Translations under genes and position numbers: made by a program
DNA from: Chamaesiphon sp.
Lineage (GTDB): Bacteria > Cyanobacteriota > Cyanobacteriia > Cyanobacteriales > Chamaesiphonaceae
Length of the DNA stretch: 64,000 nucleotides
Direction: 5' to 3'
NCBI GenBank assembly: GCA_965246715.1
Contig: CBDFFH010000029.1
Coordinates: forward strand, 82,687 to 146,686
Notes under the pieces: generated by a model
What the model was told of the DNA's origin: nothing
Databases searched by the model: none
The model's input: only the letters and a program-made list of their open reading frames with translations
Shown: piece after piece, positions 41,968 through 51,842 of the stretch
Layout: every line of letters starts with the position of its first letter
Position numbering within the stretch: position 1 is the first letter of the stretch

Positions 41968-42552
41968 TTATGTTGACTCCGGCTCGAAGCTAATCCCTCG
42001 ATAGACACGCTCGATCGGAAAACTAAAATCGACACTGTGAAGCTCGACTAGATCGCCAGCTCGGTAATTAATAATTATCCACTCGCCCACATCGTTCTTG
42101 CGATATAAATCGATCGCTATTTCCTGAGAACTAATTAGCACGTAATCTCGCAAACAGGGATTGCGACGATATCTGAAAAACTTATTTCCTCGGTCGTAAG
42201 CCTCGGTGCTATCCGATAAAATTTTAGCGACTAAACAGGGATAAGTAATATATTGACTCTGAGTTCGATCGCGCTGGTCACAAGTGACACTAACATCCGG
42301 ATAGGTGTAATCATTAGTTTCTACAATATTAACTCTAGCATCTGAATTGAGAGTTTTACAGCCACTATCTTCTAAGTAACCTTTCAGCATAAACAGGAAA
42401 TTTCCAGAAATTTCACTATGATTTATCGTCCCCCCACTCATCGCATAAACTTCACCATCGATATATTCATGGCGACATAATTGGCGTTCCTCCCATGCAA
42501 AATATTCTACGGTGGTAAACTTGGGAGCATTATCTCGTGCTGCAACCATCAC
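41968..42552 (-). CDS. Uma2/DUF820 family PD-(D/E)XK protein
   Basis: HEYIDGEVYAMSGG, YPDVSV and DRGNKF. Confidence 0.92.
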   Translation of the reverse strand: MMVAARDNAPKFTTVEYFAWEERQLCRHEYIDGEVYAMSGGTINHSEISGNFLFMLKGYLEDSGCKTLNSDARVNIVETNDYTYPDVSVTCDQRDRTQSQYITYPCLVAKILSDSTEAYDRGNKFFRYRRNPCLRDYVLISSQEIAIDLYRKNDVGEWIIINYRAGDLVELHSVDFSFPIERVYRGISFEPEST

Positions 42553-42690
42553 TCGATCTCAAGTAGTAAATATTTTCTATTTTAACATTGAGGTGTGGAT
42601 TGTGTAGAGCGTTGTACCAGTATGCGATCGAAATCGCTGCGATGCAATCGAATATAAATTAACAATCGCACATCAGTACAGAGTAAGTGG

Positions 42691-43179
42691 TTAATTATGG
42701 CGAGAAACTGTTGCTAATAACTCAAACAAACCATCATCTAATTCATAACCCAACATCTGCGTCATAAACTTTAGGCGCGATCGATCTTCTATTTGTCGAG
42801 ATTGCAACCAATCTGTTAAGACAAATACCCGTTTCATCACCCAAATTTCTAGAGCTTCGGGATTGTATTGAATCCCCTCCTTGCGGCTGAATTGATGCGG
42901 TACCAACATCGCCACGTATCTGGCTAGCTCTCCGGCTTGCCAGTCGAGCAGCAGTGGTAGATAAGGGTATCGAGCATCTGCGCGAATAAACCATAGTCGG
43001 ATTTCAGGGATCTCCGAGAGTTCGCGGGGATCTGCGGGATCGCGGGGAAAGTCGATCGTAAACTTGAACTCGAGATCGAATTTTTGGGGATCGGTTGCTA
43101 GCCACGAATCGATCGGGGTGGCGAGCGCCGCAAGGTCTAAACTTAAGAGTGCATCATTGCCAACATTCACGATCGTCAT
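42691..43179 (-). CDS. crr6: CRR6 family NDH-1 (NdhI) maturation factor
   Basis: DPRELSEIPEIRLWF, RYVAMLVPHQF and YNPEALE. Confidence 0.85.
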   Translation of the reverse strand: MTIVNVGNDALLSLDLAALATPIDSWLATDPQKFDLEFKFTIDFPRDPADPRELSEIPEIRLWFIRADARYPYLPLLLDWQAGELARYVAMLVPHQFSRKEGIQYNPEALEIWVMKRVFVLTDWLQSRQIEDRSRLKFMTQMLGYELDDGLFELLATVSRHN

Positions 43180-43740
43180 ATACTCAAGGGTTGGTGTAAA
43201 TCCACACAATAATTTTTGCGATCGTTCTTAGTATTTTTTAGCAATTTGCGACCGGACAAACAACGATCGAGTTCGCTCGGTCGCTAGCTTCGGAAAAACA
43301 CCGGTTCGACCTCAAAATAGCAAATAAATACTAATCATAGTAAGTGGTTCGATCGACCGAATTACTAACTGTAGAGACTATTTTAGCACTCAATCCTGGC
43401 TCCAGTGAGCGATCGGGCTGGCGATCTCGATCGGAATGGCACTTTTAAGTCGATCGATCGGTCGATGGAATTGCTTGGGAATTTTTCGATCCGGATACTG
43501 TCGAAGTTAGTAAATTGCTTGTCAACCAAATCTATTTAAAAGATATGCAAAGTATAGATCGACAGTGACATGACAAATACGCTCAGCAAGGATAGTGTAA
43601 ACTACAATACCTTGACACTGCGTGATACAATATTTCTAATTATTAGCTAATCATTGCTCGATCGAAAGTATTGGGTCTAAACTATAAAAACTTCTTACAC
43701 AATAAACTTAATAACTTACTATTTAATTAAGAGGTCGCCT

Positions 43741-45828
43741 GTGGAAAATAACAAGCTTCAAGAAATCCGCACTCAGCTAACTGCGGCATGGAGGCAATTA
43801 CAGGCGGGACAAGCCTCTAGCAAACTTTCAGTCGATCGCGGTGAAATCGATACTCTCACCGATCGTTGCGGTTCAGCGCCGATAGCTAGTAAAGCGCGGC
43901 GGGGTAGTGAAAGTCTAGTTGTTGCACCAGAACAAGATCGACAACTGGAAACAAACAATCTGTTCGAGCTGGCAAATCAAGGGAATACTAATAAAGTTCC
44001 CGAGCGGCGGGATTTGTTTAGCGAAATTACTACACCGATAAGTAAGCTAAATTTGCCCAAGGTCAATGTCGATCCTTGGTCAGCATTTTGGGCGATTTTA
44101 GCGGCAATGGTGGGTGGGACGGGGATTACTAGTTACTTACTATTGATTGCCGTGCCCCCGACCCCAAATTGTCAGGGAATTTCCCCGATCTCCACTGATA
44201 GCGAGCGACTCTACTGCGCTCAGACGGGTGCAGATACCAAGGAATTACCCAAGCTCCGAGCAGCAGTCGGTTTAGTCCAAGGGTGGACGGACAGTCATCC
44301 GCTGTATGGGGAGGCGCAACGGCTACTGAAAACTTGGTCGCTGGATTTGATGCGAATCGGGCGCAAGCAACTCAACGAAGGTAGTATCGATCGGGCAATC
44401 TCCACGCTAAAAATCGTTCCGACGAGCAGCCCGATTTACAAAGAAGCTCAAGCCGCGATCGTCAAATGGAGCGAGCAAGCCCAAAATAGTGCCAAGATCG
44501 ACGGTAAATTCGATCGGGCGATGAAAAGTGGCGATTGGAATCAGGCATTTGTCATCTTGCAAACAGTACAGCAGATGCGGGGGCATTATTGGAATACTTA
44601 TAAGCACGAGAAAATGTCATCTAGACTCGCGATCGAGCGCGATGGCTGGGATAAACTGCAAGAAGCAAAAGACGCCCTGCTGGGCAAAGAGTTTTCGAGC
44701 TATACCGTAGGTGCCGAGCGTCACGATCTCGCCAAACCGAAAACCGCTGGCAAAAATCAAGAAAAAGTCGAAGCACCATTGCCAACACAGCCAGAACCGA
44801 TCGTTAAAGCGATGAAACTGGCAAATCAGATTAATGCTAAAACCTATGTCTATCATGAAGGACAACAGTTGCGGAGTAGGTGGAGTAAGCAGTTAGTGCA
44901 TTTAAGCCTCACTGCCTACAAAGAGCAGAATTTTAATGAAGCGATCGATCTCGCCCAAAAAGTCCCTCAGGACGTGTCTGTCTATCCAGAGGCTCAAGAT
45001 TGGGTCAAGCTCAATCGAGCGCACCTCTACGCGGGCAAACGGCACATGCTAGCGATAATGGATGCGATCTCTCAAGTCAAACGAATTCCAAAAACTAGTG
45101 CAATCTATCCATTGGCACGGACAAAGCAATCTAACTGGCAAGGAATGCTCAAGCAGCAAACTCAGTTCCAGTGGGCGAAAACTATTGCTAGCTTCCAGCA
45201 GCCAGCAACCTTAGCACTCGCGATCGATACTGCCAAGCAAATCCCCGCTACTAGCGATGTCGGGAAAACGATGCAAACTGAGGTGGCCACCTGGAATCGC
45301 CAGATCCAAACCATCGACAATCGCGTCACCCTCGCTAAAGCCAGACAAATTGCGAGCAAGAGTGATTCCCTCTTGGCGCTCAGATCGGCCGTGCGGCTGG
45401 CTGGCAAGATCGCCGAAGACCAACCTTTAGGTGAAGAAGCAACTACCGCAGTCGGCGAATGGAATCACAAAATCCAAACGATCGAAGATACGCCGATCTT
45501 ACTTCGCGCTCAAGCACTGGCCACTAAAGGAAATCTCACGCAAGCGGTCGCCTTAGCTAGTCGGATTACCCCTGGTAGAGCGCTATATCCGACCGCTCAA
45601 GCTGAAGTCCGTTACTGGTCGTTGGAATTGCAAGAAATCGCCGATCGACATACACTCGAACGCGCGATCGCAATTTACCGTCAGGGTAAGATTTCTACAG
45701 CGATCGAGTTAGCTGCCACCATCGGTCGGCGCAGTCCAATTTATAGCGATGCTCGCTCTTATGTGGCTGATTGGCGACTGTTGTTGGCACCTCGAGCAAT
45801 GCGGGATCGAGCGAATTCTAGTTACTAA
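43741..45828 (+). CDS. Membrane-anchored alpha-helical repeat hypothetical protein
   Basis: Single TM followed by PPTPNC...RLYCA; repeated 'AI..A..IP..S..Y..AQ' units. Confidence 0.75.
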   Translation: MENNKLQEIRTQLTAAWRQLQAGQASSKLSVDRGEIDTLTDRCGSAPIASKARRGSESLVVAPEQDRQLETNNLFELANQGNTNKVPERRDLFSEITTPISKLNLPKVNVDPWSAFWAILAAMVGGTGITSYLLLIAVPPTPNCQGISPISTDSERLYCAQTGADTKELPKLRAAVGLVQGWTDSHPLYGEAQRLLKTWSLDLMRIGRKQLNEGSIDRAISTLKIVPTSSPIYKEAQAAIVKWSEQAQNSAKIDGKFDRAMKSGDWNQAFVILQTVQQMRGHYWNTYKHEKMSSRLAIERDGWDKLQEAKDALLGKEFSSYTVGAERHDLAKPKTAGKNQEKVEAPLPTQPEPIVKAMKLANQINAKTYVYHEGQQLRSRWSKQLVHLSLTAYKEQNFNEAIDLAQKVPQDVSVYPEAQDWVKLNRAHLYAGKRHMLAIMDAISQVKRIPKTSAIYPLARTKQSNWQGMLKQQTQFQWAKTIASFQQPATLALAIDTAKQIPATSDVGKTMQTEVATWNRQIQTIDNRVTLAKARQIASKSDSLLALRSAVRLAGKIAEDQPLGEEATTAVGEWNHKIQTIEDTPILLRAQALATKGNLTQAVALASRITPGRALYPTAQAEVRYWSLELQEIADRHTLERAIAIYRQGKISTAIELAATIGRRSPIYSDARSYVADWRLLLAPRAMRDRANSSY

Positions 45829-45863
45829 CTCAAGCGGTTTCTAATCGTAGGCGTTTCTAGGTA

Positions 45864-46160
45864 ACGTCAGTTCGGGTTAAGGATATCTCTTTTAGACTAT
45901 TTTTGGACTGGTGCTTGGTCTTAAGTTATTGGTGCTGAGGAACCCGGGTCTGGGGGTTCCGACCCCTAGACCCCCCGTTGAGGAGCAGGATGCGAAGCTT
46001 CCGGGTGCCGCCCCTCAAACTCCCCTGCACAAGGGTTGGTTTGTTAGCAGCGTAGCGCGTTTCGCAGTAGCTTCGCAATGGGAATCGATCTGTGGGTGGG
46101 GTTCGTGGATTGGGGGCGGTTCCGAAACGAAGCCAGGAGTCGTTAATCTGAAATCCTTAT
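45864..46160. mobile_element. Degenerate member of the MITE family with a different GC-rich interior; right end truncated at the rsgA stop
   Basis: Left TIR ACGTCAGTTCGGGTTAAG; GGCGGTTCCGAAACGAAGCCAGGAGTC is the reverse complement of the subterminal segment in the 37879 and 49216 copies. Confidence 0.65.
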
Positions 46161-47281
46161 CACTCTGCCAAATCTCCAGAAATATCTTCAAGTGCCTGAC
46201 CGATCGTGTGGCGGGAAATCTGCCGATATTTCGACTCCAACTTCGGTTCGAGTTGTTGCTTCTTCCCAGCCTGACTTTTGCGTTTCAAACTACTTTCTGG
46301 ATTGCGTTGCGATTGTAGCTGCTGTTGTGCCACCATCGCTTCTGCTAGAAAATCCAAATAGTGCGAATATCGTTCCCAGTCGCCCCGTACCACGCAATTC
46401 GGCTCATCGCGATGGCTGCAATCGCTAAATTGACAATGACCCTGCGCCAATCGCTGTCGAATCTCCGGGAAATAACTGGCCAGTTCGATCGGCGTGCAAG
46501 TCAGATCGGGTTGATTGAATCCCGGCGTATCGGCAATCAACCCGCCAGCAGGCATCGTAAATAGTTCGACATGGCGGGTAGTATGTCGGCCGCGACTGAG
46601 TTTGCCAGATACAGTAGCCACGCGGATATTCAGATCGGGAATCAACGCATTCGTTAGGCTCGATTTACCGACACCAGAATGTCCCGCAAATACCGTAATC
46701 TGCCGATCGAGTTGCACTTGCAATTCTTTGATACCCATCCCCGTCTCAACACTAATCGCGATCGGTTGATAGCCCCAAGTCGCCAATCGATCGCACCATT
46801 GAGCCAGTTGGATCTCGGTTACTAAATCGGTCTTATTCAGGCAGAGACTGACCTGCAAGCCAGTTGATTCGGCTTTGATGAGAAATTTACTTAGGAGGTA
46901 TGGATCGAGGGCTGGTTCGGCCAGCGCAAAGACCAGCAACACCCGATCGGCATTGGCCATCGGCGGTCGATCGAGTTCGCTATGACGTGGAAATACATCC
47001 GCAACCACTCCGCGACCACCCAACCAGTCAGCTTCCTCAACCACTACGCGATCGCCTACCATGACATTAATCCCAATCTTTTGCAATCGCGCGCGGCGAG
47101 TACACAAAATCGACTTACCACCGACTTCCAGCGCATCCCGATCGATCTGCACTTGACAGAAATTAGCTTGAACGGCGATAACTGTCCCAGTTAATGACCC
47201 AGAGATTAAATTTGAGCGAACGATATTTTCTGACACGCAGACCGTCGAAGAGTTGTCGATCTCCATCATAGGCGATCTCAA
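46160..47281 (-). CDS. rsgA: Ribosome small-subunit-dependent GTPase
   Basis: Circularly permuted GTPase: NKTD, GHSGVGKSS, GRHTT, DTPG; CQFSDCSH...C zinc site. Confidence 0.96.
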   Translation of the reverse strand: MRSPMMEIDNSSTVCVSENIVRSNLISGSLTGTVIAVQANFCQVQIDRDALEVGGKSILCTRRARLQKIGINVMVGDRVVVEEADWLGGRGVVADVFPRHSELDRPPMANADRVLLVFALAEPALDPYLLSKFLIKAESTGLQVSLCLNKTDLVTEIQLAQWCDRLATWGYQPIAISVETGMGIKELQVQLDRQITVFAGHSGVGKSSLTNALIPDLNIRVATVSGKLSRGRHTTRHVELFTMPAGGLIADTPGFNQPDLTCTPIELASYFPEIRQRLAQGHCQFSDCSHRDEPNCVVRGDWERYSHYLDFLAEAMVAQQQLQSQRNPESSLKRKSQAGKKQQLEPKLESKYRQISRHTIGQALEDISGDLAE

Positions 47282-47427
47282 TTAGCCATTAGCCGAACGG
47301 CGACTTTTCGAGAAAAGTTAGAGATTTAGCACTCGATCGTTTTATATTGGGTTAGGTTGACCGATTTAAGCAGTTGTTTGTAGTGTCTAGTCAGTGCGAT
47401 CGACCCATCTCCAATCTTCTGAAACTT

Positions 47428-48069
47428 ATGAAAATAAATGCTGGTGATACCAACAACGAGCCACGAATTGAGTTAGTGCCCCTGATTGACGTAATTTTTT
47501 GTATTTTGACATTCTTCCTGTTAGCTGGGCTACAGGTTGCCAGACAACAGGCGATTAGCGTCGATATTCCTAAAGCCGCTACTGGCACCCCCGCCGCACG
47601 GGAACTGTTAATGGTCAGTCTCAATGATGCCGGACAAATCTTTCTCGAACAGCAACCAATGCTCGTTCCGGCCCAATTGACCGATGCGGTGAAACAGTAC
47701 CACCAAGCTCGACCCAATAGCGCGATCGTGTTGTATGCGTCTAAGCAGGTCACCTACAATAAAGTCGTCGAAATTTTGGATGCGCTCAGAAGTGTTGCTG
47801 GCGATCGTGTCGCACTAGCAACCATCCCGACCAGTAGCGTTGCCCCTACTCCGCCAATCATCACCAATCCATACATTCCCTACAATCCCTATCAAGGTGT
47901 CAATCCGTATCAGGGCAGTACCCCCAACACTACCACACAGCCGAGTACTGGCGTGACTCCCGCGACAGGACAAACCGGACAATCTCCACAAGTGAGTCCG
48001 ACACCCAGCACACAAACAAGCCCTACGATCGCACCCCAAGTAACCCCAAGTAAATCACCCAATCCGTAA
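47428..48069 (+). CDS. exbD: ExbD/TolR family protein with Pro/Thr/Gln-rich tail
   Basis: IELVPLIDVIFCILTFF motif; start ATG 47428. Confidence 0.9.
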   Translation: MKINAGDTNNEPRIELVPLIDVIFCILTFFLLAGLQVARQQAISVDIPKAATGTPAARELLMVSLNDAGQIFLEQQPMLVPAQLTDAVKQYHQARPNSAIVLYASKQVTYNKVVEILDALRSVAGDRVALATIPTSSVAPTPPIITNPYIPYNPYQGVNPYQGSTPNTTTQPSTGVTPATGQTGQSPQVSPTPSTQTSPTIAPQVTPSKSPNP

Positions 48070-48097
48070 AGGCGGAAACACGACATTCAGTTAGATA

Positions 48098-49114
48098 CAG
48101 CACTTCCGTTAGTCATGAGGTACGCCAAAAGATAGTAAAGATACATTCAATAATGAAAGCATTTTCAGTCGATCTTCGAGAAAAAATAGTTGCGGCACAT
48201 CTCGATCGCCATCACTCAATTAGAGCGGTTGCTAGCATATTTACTGTTAGCAAAAGCTTTGTCCAAAAGCTAGTCAGACAACATAAGTTTGAAGGAAACT
48301 TACAGCCTAAAAAGCCAGGTAAACCACGATTAAGTTACCTGACAAATGCTGAAGTAGAGTTAAGAGAATTAGTTGCCGAACATCCCGATGCAACTTTGGC
48401 TGAACTGTGTGAATTTTTCGCTGATAAAACTGGCAATTGGGTTGGTCGAAGTGCCATGAGTGACGCATTACGAAAATTAGGCTTAAGTCGTAAAAAAAAA
48501 CGGAAAGGAGCACCCAAGCTACAACAGAAAGAGTCCTAAATTTGAGAGTAGATTATTGGGAATCGGTTAAAAATATCGACGTGAAAAACTTAGTGTTTTT
48601 AGATGAAACTGGTATTCTGCTTGGTTTAGCCAGAACTCATGCTCGGTCACAGCGGGGAACAAGAGCATATACTTTTACCCCATTCTATCGAGGTGCAAAA
48701 GTTACCGCTATCGGCGCAATTAGCATTGAAAAAGTTGTAGCATTGATGACAATGGATAATTCAATGGATAGTAGAGCTTTTGAATTATTTGTTAAGGATT
48801 TTCTAGTGCCGGAGCTATGGCCAGGTGCCGTTGTCGTAATGGATAATTTATCCTCACACAAATTCGATTCCATTATCCCAATGATTGAAGCTGTCGGTGC
48901 TTCTGTTATTTTCCTCTCCCCATACTCACCTGATTTTAACCCAATTGAGTTATGGTGGTCACAGCTCAAGTCTTTTTTACGAATGTTTTCACCTACTACG
49001 ACAATTATGGTGGATAGAATAATTTCACTTGCAATTGGGTTAATCGATCCTCAACATCTCAGAAATTGGTTTACTAATTGCTGCTATTGTACCTCGTAAC
49101 AACCGGAAGTGCCG
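48098..49114 (+). mobile_element. IS630-family insertion sequence
   Basis: Imperfect TIR CAGCACTTCCGTTAGTCATGAGGTAC / GTACCTCGTAACAACCGGAAGTGCCG; TA on both sides; two ORFs. Confidence 0.93.
48153..49099 (+). CDS. IS630 transposase; orfA (48153-48539) joined to orfB (to 49099) by a probable -1 shift at the A9 run 48492-48500
   Basis: HTH N-terminus MKAFSVDLREK; DDE triad FLDETG / MDNLSSHK / NPIE; orfB lies in the -1 frame. Confidence 0.88.
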
Positions 49115-49215
49115 TATCAAACTGCAACAACTGATGAATAGTGTAGGCCGATTAGCAAATATCGTATAAATACTGAGACTTTATCTTACTAATTAACTTG
49201 AGAAGAAGTTAATTA

Positions 49216-49428
49216 ACGTGAGTTCGGGTTAAAGATGTCCACTTAATGACTCCTAGCTTCGTTTCTGAACCGCCCTCAAATGAATTAGTTGCTCATAGCA
49301 AAAGTTCGTTTCAACGAACTAATCAATTGGGCAGTTCTCTTCAGAGAACTTTTGCTATTAGCCCGAACTTATAGTTCAGGGCGGTGCTTGAACGGAGCAG
49401 ATCGATTTTCCTTATCCCGAACTCACGT
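49216..49428. mobile_element. MITE/REPIN-like element, type CCGCCCTCAAATGAAT
   Basis: TIR pair; 6-bp direct repeat TAATTA on both sides; near-identical to the 15204 copy. Confidence 0.9.
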
Positions 49429-49699
49429 TAATTAAATAGCTTTTTAAAATGCCCTTATCACACTCTAAAAGCCTACACTCCTCACTACCAGAGGAATACG
49501 GGCTTTTAGTTTTGGCTGCGAATGGAGATCGACGATCGCTTAATGTGTATCCTTCACGACGTTCTTATTTTTCATAACGTTCGTGGCGATCTTATTCTCG
49601 CTGACGCTGAAGTTGATAGTAGTAGGGACTGCCATAAACTACTGGTGCTCCAATAATTAGCAACACCATTTTTGTAATTAGGCTGATATCGGCTGCGAA

Positions 49700-50173
49700 T
49701 TAGCCGTTAGCGCCAAGATCGATCGCATCTTTAAGGGCATATACTACCCGTTGCTGCTCCTCAAAAGTCAGTTCGGGGAACATCGGCAGCGAGAGTACCT
49801 GATGGCTGACTAGTTCGGTAACGGGGAAGCTGCCAGCGGGGTAGCCGAGATCTTGGTAAACCGCTTGTAAATGGAGGGGGAGCGGGTAATAAATCATCGA
49901 AATTACGCCAACTGCCTGAAGACTAGCACGCACTCGATCGCGATATGCGGCAGGATCGACACCAGTAGGGGCGATTAATCTAATCGTGTATTGATTCCAA
50001 ACAGATTTGCCGCCAGGAATCGGTTGATGGGTAATAATTCCCGGTACGTTGGCAAGCAACTCTTGATAGTGGGTGGCGACTCGCTCGCGTTGCTAGTTCC
50101 ACCGATCGAGATAGGGGAGTTTTACCTGTAAAACTGCAGCTTGAATGGCATCGAGACGGCTGTTGACACCGAT
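49700..50173 (-). pseudogene. 3' fragment of a DegT/DnrJ/EryC1/StrS aminotransferase
   Basis: [26 protein letters not shown] (in-frame TAG 50093-50095) ...YYPLPLHLQ...VLSLPMFPEL; the 5' part is missing. Confidence 0.87.
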
Positions 50174-50466
50174 CGAGCTGGTAGATATGCTATAACATAC
50201 TTACTAGTCAGCCAGCACAATTACATCTAGCTAGTTTTAAATCGAATGCACAGTTTCTTAGATCGGTGCCGCTACACCATTAACCTGTATGACTCGGTAC
50301 GATGCGAGTCACAGAGCGATCTATCCAAACTCGTTGCCAGAGCTTCGCGTCGCAACCGACGACGTTGAAGCTCGATCGTTATTTCGTTATCCCGTCAGCA
50401 GAATTTGGTTCGGAGATTATCTTCGAGCGGCGTTTGACTTTTTGAAAATTTTTTAGGAGTATTTAC

Positions 50467-51723
50467 ATGAGTTTGGATACAATGGTTTCGCAGCCGACGA
50501 TTCATCCCGAATTGTTATCGACTTTCAGTCAGGATGAGTTTAATAGTCATGTAATGACTACTTACGGACGGTTCGATCTCGCGTTGGCAAAGGGTGAGGG
50601 TTGTACTGTCTGGGATACGAAGGGGAAGGCATATTTGGATTTTGTGGCGGGGATTGCCACTTGTACGCTGGGACACGCACATCCGACGGTGATTCAGGCA
50701 GCGCTGGCGCAGATTCAGACGCTGACACACGTTTCTAATCTTTACTACGTCCCCGTACAGGGTGAGTTGGCGAAGTGGTTGGTAGAACATTCTTGTGCAG
50801 ATCGGGTGTTCTTCTGCAATTCTGGGGCAGAAGCGAATGAAGGGGCGATTAAATTAGCACGGAAATACGCTCATACGGTCTTGAAGATTGCCGATCCGGT
50901 GATTTTGACTGCAAATGCCAGTTTCCACGGGCGGACGTTGGCGACAATTACAGCTACCGGACAGCCGAAGTATCAACAGAATTTCAGTCCCCTGGTTCCA
51001 GGGTTCCAGTATGTACCATACAACGATTTTGCGGCGATCGAATCCACAATTGCAGCGGCTAATGGGCAGGTTGCTGCAATTATGCTCGAACCGCTTCAGG
51101 GTGAGGGTGGGGTAAATCCTGGGCAAGTTGAGTATTTCCAACAAGTACGGAAACTGTGCGACGAGCGGGGGATATTATTAATCCTTGATGAAGTACAGGT
51201 GGGAATGGGACGCTCTGGGCAATATTGGGGTTACGAGCAACTAGGGATCGAGCCGGATATTTTCACTAGTGCGAAGGGTTTGGGTGGCGGAATTCCAATC
51301 GGGGCGACGTTATGTAAGGAATTTTGCAATGTCTTCCAACCTGGCGATCATGCCAGTACCTTTGGTGGCAATCCATTCGTCTGTGCGGTGGCTTTGGCTG
51401 TTTGTCAGACGTTGGAGCGGGACAATATCTTGGCTAACGTCCGGGCGCGGGGCGAGCAATTGCGGGCTGGTTTGGCGCAGTTGGCAGTTAAATATCCCCA
51501 GCAGATCTCACAAGTGCGGGGTTGGGGATTGATCGACGGGCTGGAATTGCAGGCTGAGAGCAATCTTAATGCGATCGATGTTGTCAAAGCGGCGATGCAA
51601 GCAGGTTTATTATTAGTCCCTGCGGGTGTAAAAGTCGTCCGGTTCGTACCGCCATTAATTGTTTCTGCGGCGGAGATCGATCGTGCGGTGTGTATTATCG
51701 ATCGGGTGTTAGCTGTGATGTAA
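50467..51723 (+). CDS. argD: Acetylornithine aminotransferase
   Basis: NSGAEANE, FHGRT, DEVQVGMGRSG, SAKGLGGG and HASTFGGN. Confidence 0.93.
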   Translation: MSLDTMVSQPTIHPELLSTFSQDEFNSHVMTTYGRFDLALAKGEGCTVWDTKGKAYLDFVAGIATCTLGHAHPTVIQAALAQIQTLTHVSNLYYVPVQGELAKWLVEHSCADRVFFCNSGAEANEGAIKLARKYAHTVLKIADPVILTANASFHGRTLATITATGQPKYQQNFSPLVPGFQYVPYNDFAAIESTIAAANGQVAAIMLEPLQGEGGVNPGQVEYFQQVRKLCDERGILLILDEVQVGMGRSGQYWGYEQLGIEPDIFTSAKGLGGGIPIGATLCKEFCNVFQPGDHASTFGGNPFVCAVALAVCQTLERDNILANVRARGEQLRAGLAQLAVKYPQQISQVRGWGLIDGLELQAESNLNAIDVVKAAMQAGLLLVPAGVKVVRFVPPLIVSAAEIDRAVCIIDRVLAVM

Positions 51724-51743
51724 TTGACTTGTGATGGCGCGCC

Positions 51744-51780
51744 AAATAGCCGACTTCTCTAACAGAAGTTGGCTATTTTT
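51744..51780. terminator. Intrinsic terminator between convergent argD and dndD
   Basis: AAATAGCCGACTTCT / AGAAGTTGGCTATTT hairpin ending in a T-tract. Confidence 0.7.
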
Positions 51781-51842
51781 ATGAGTGTTTGATGATGATG
51801 ATTTTGGGGGTACTATCATTAAGCGGAAAGAGTGATTGGAAA

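Noticed and set aside
45911..46318. 135-aa ORF
   Set aside because: Runs through a repeat element and antisense into rsgA
49540..49670. Possible small minus-strand gene remnant (MVLLIIGAPVVYGSPYYY...)
   Set aside because: Short, interrupted by stops, no recognisable family
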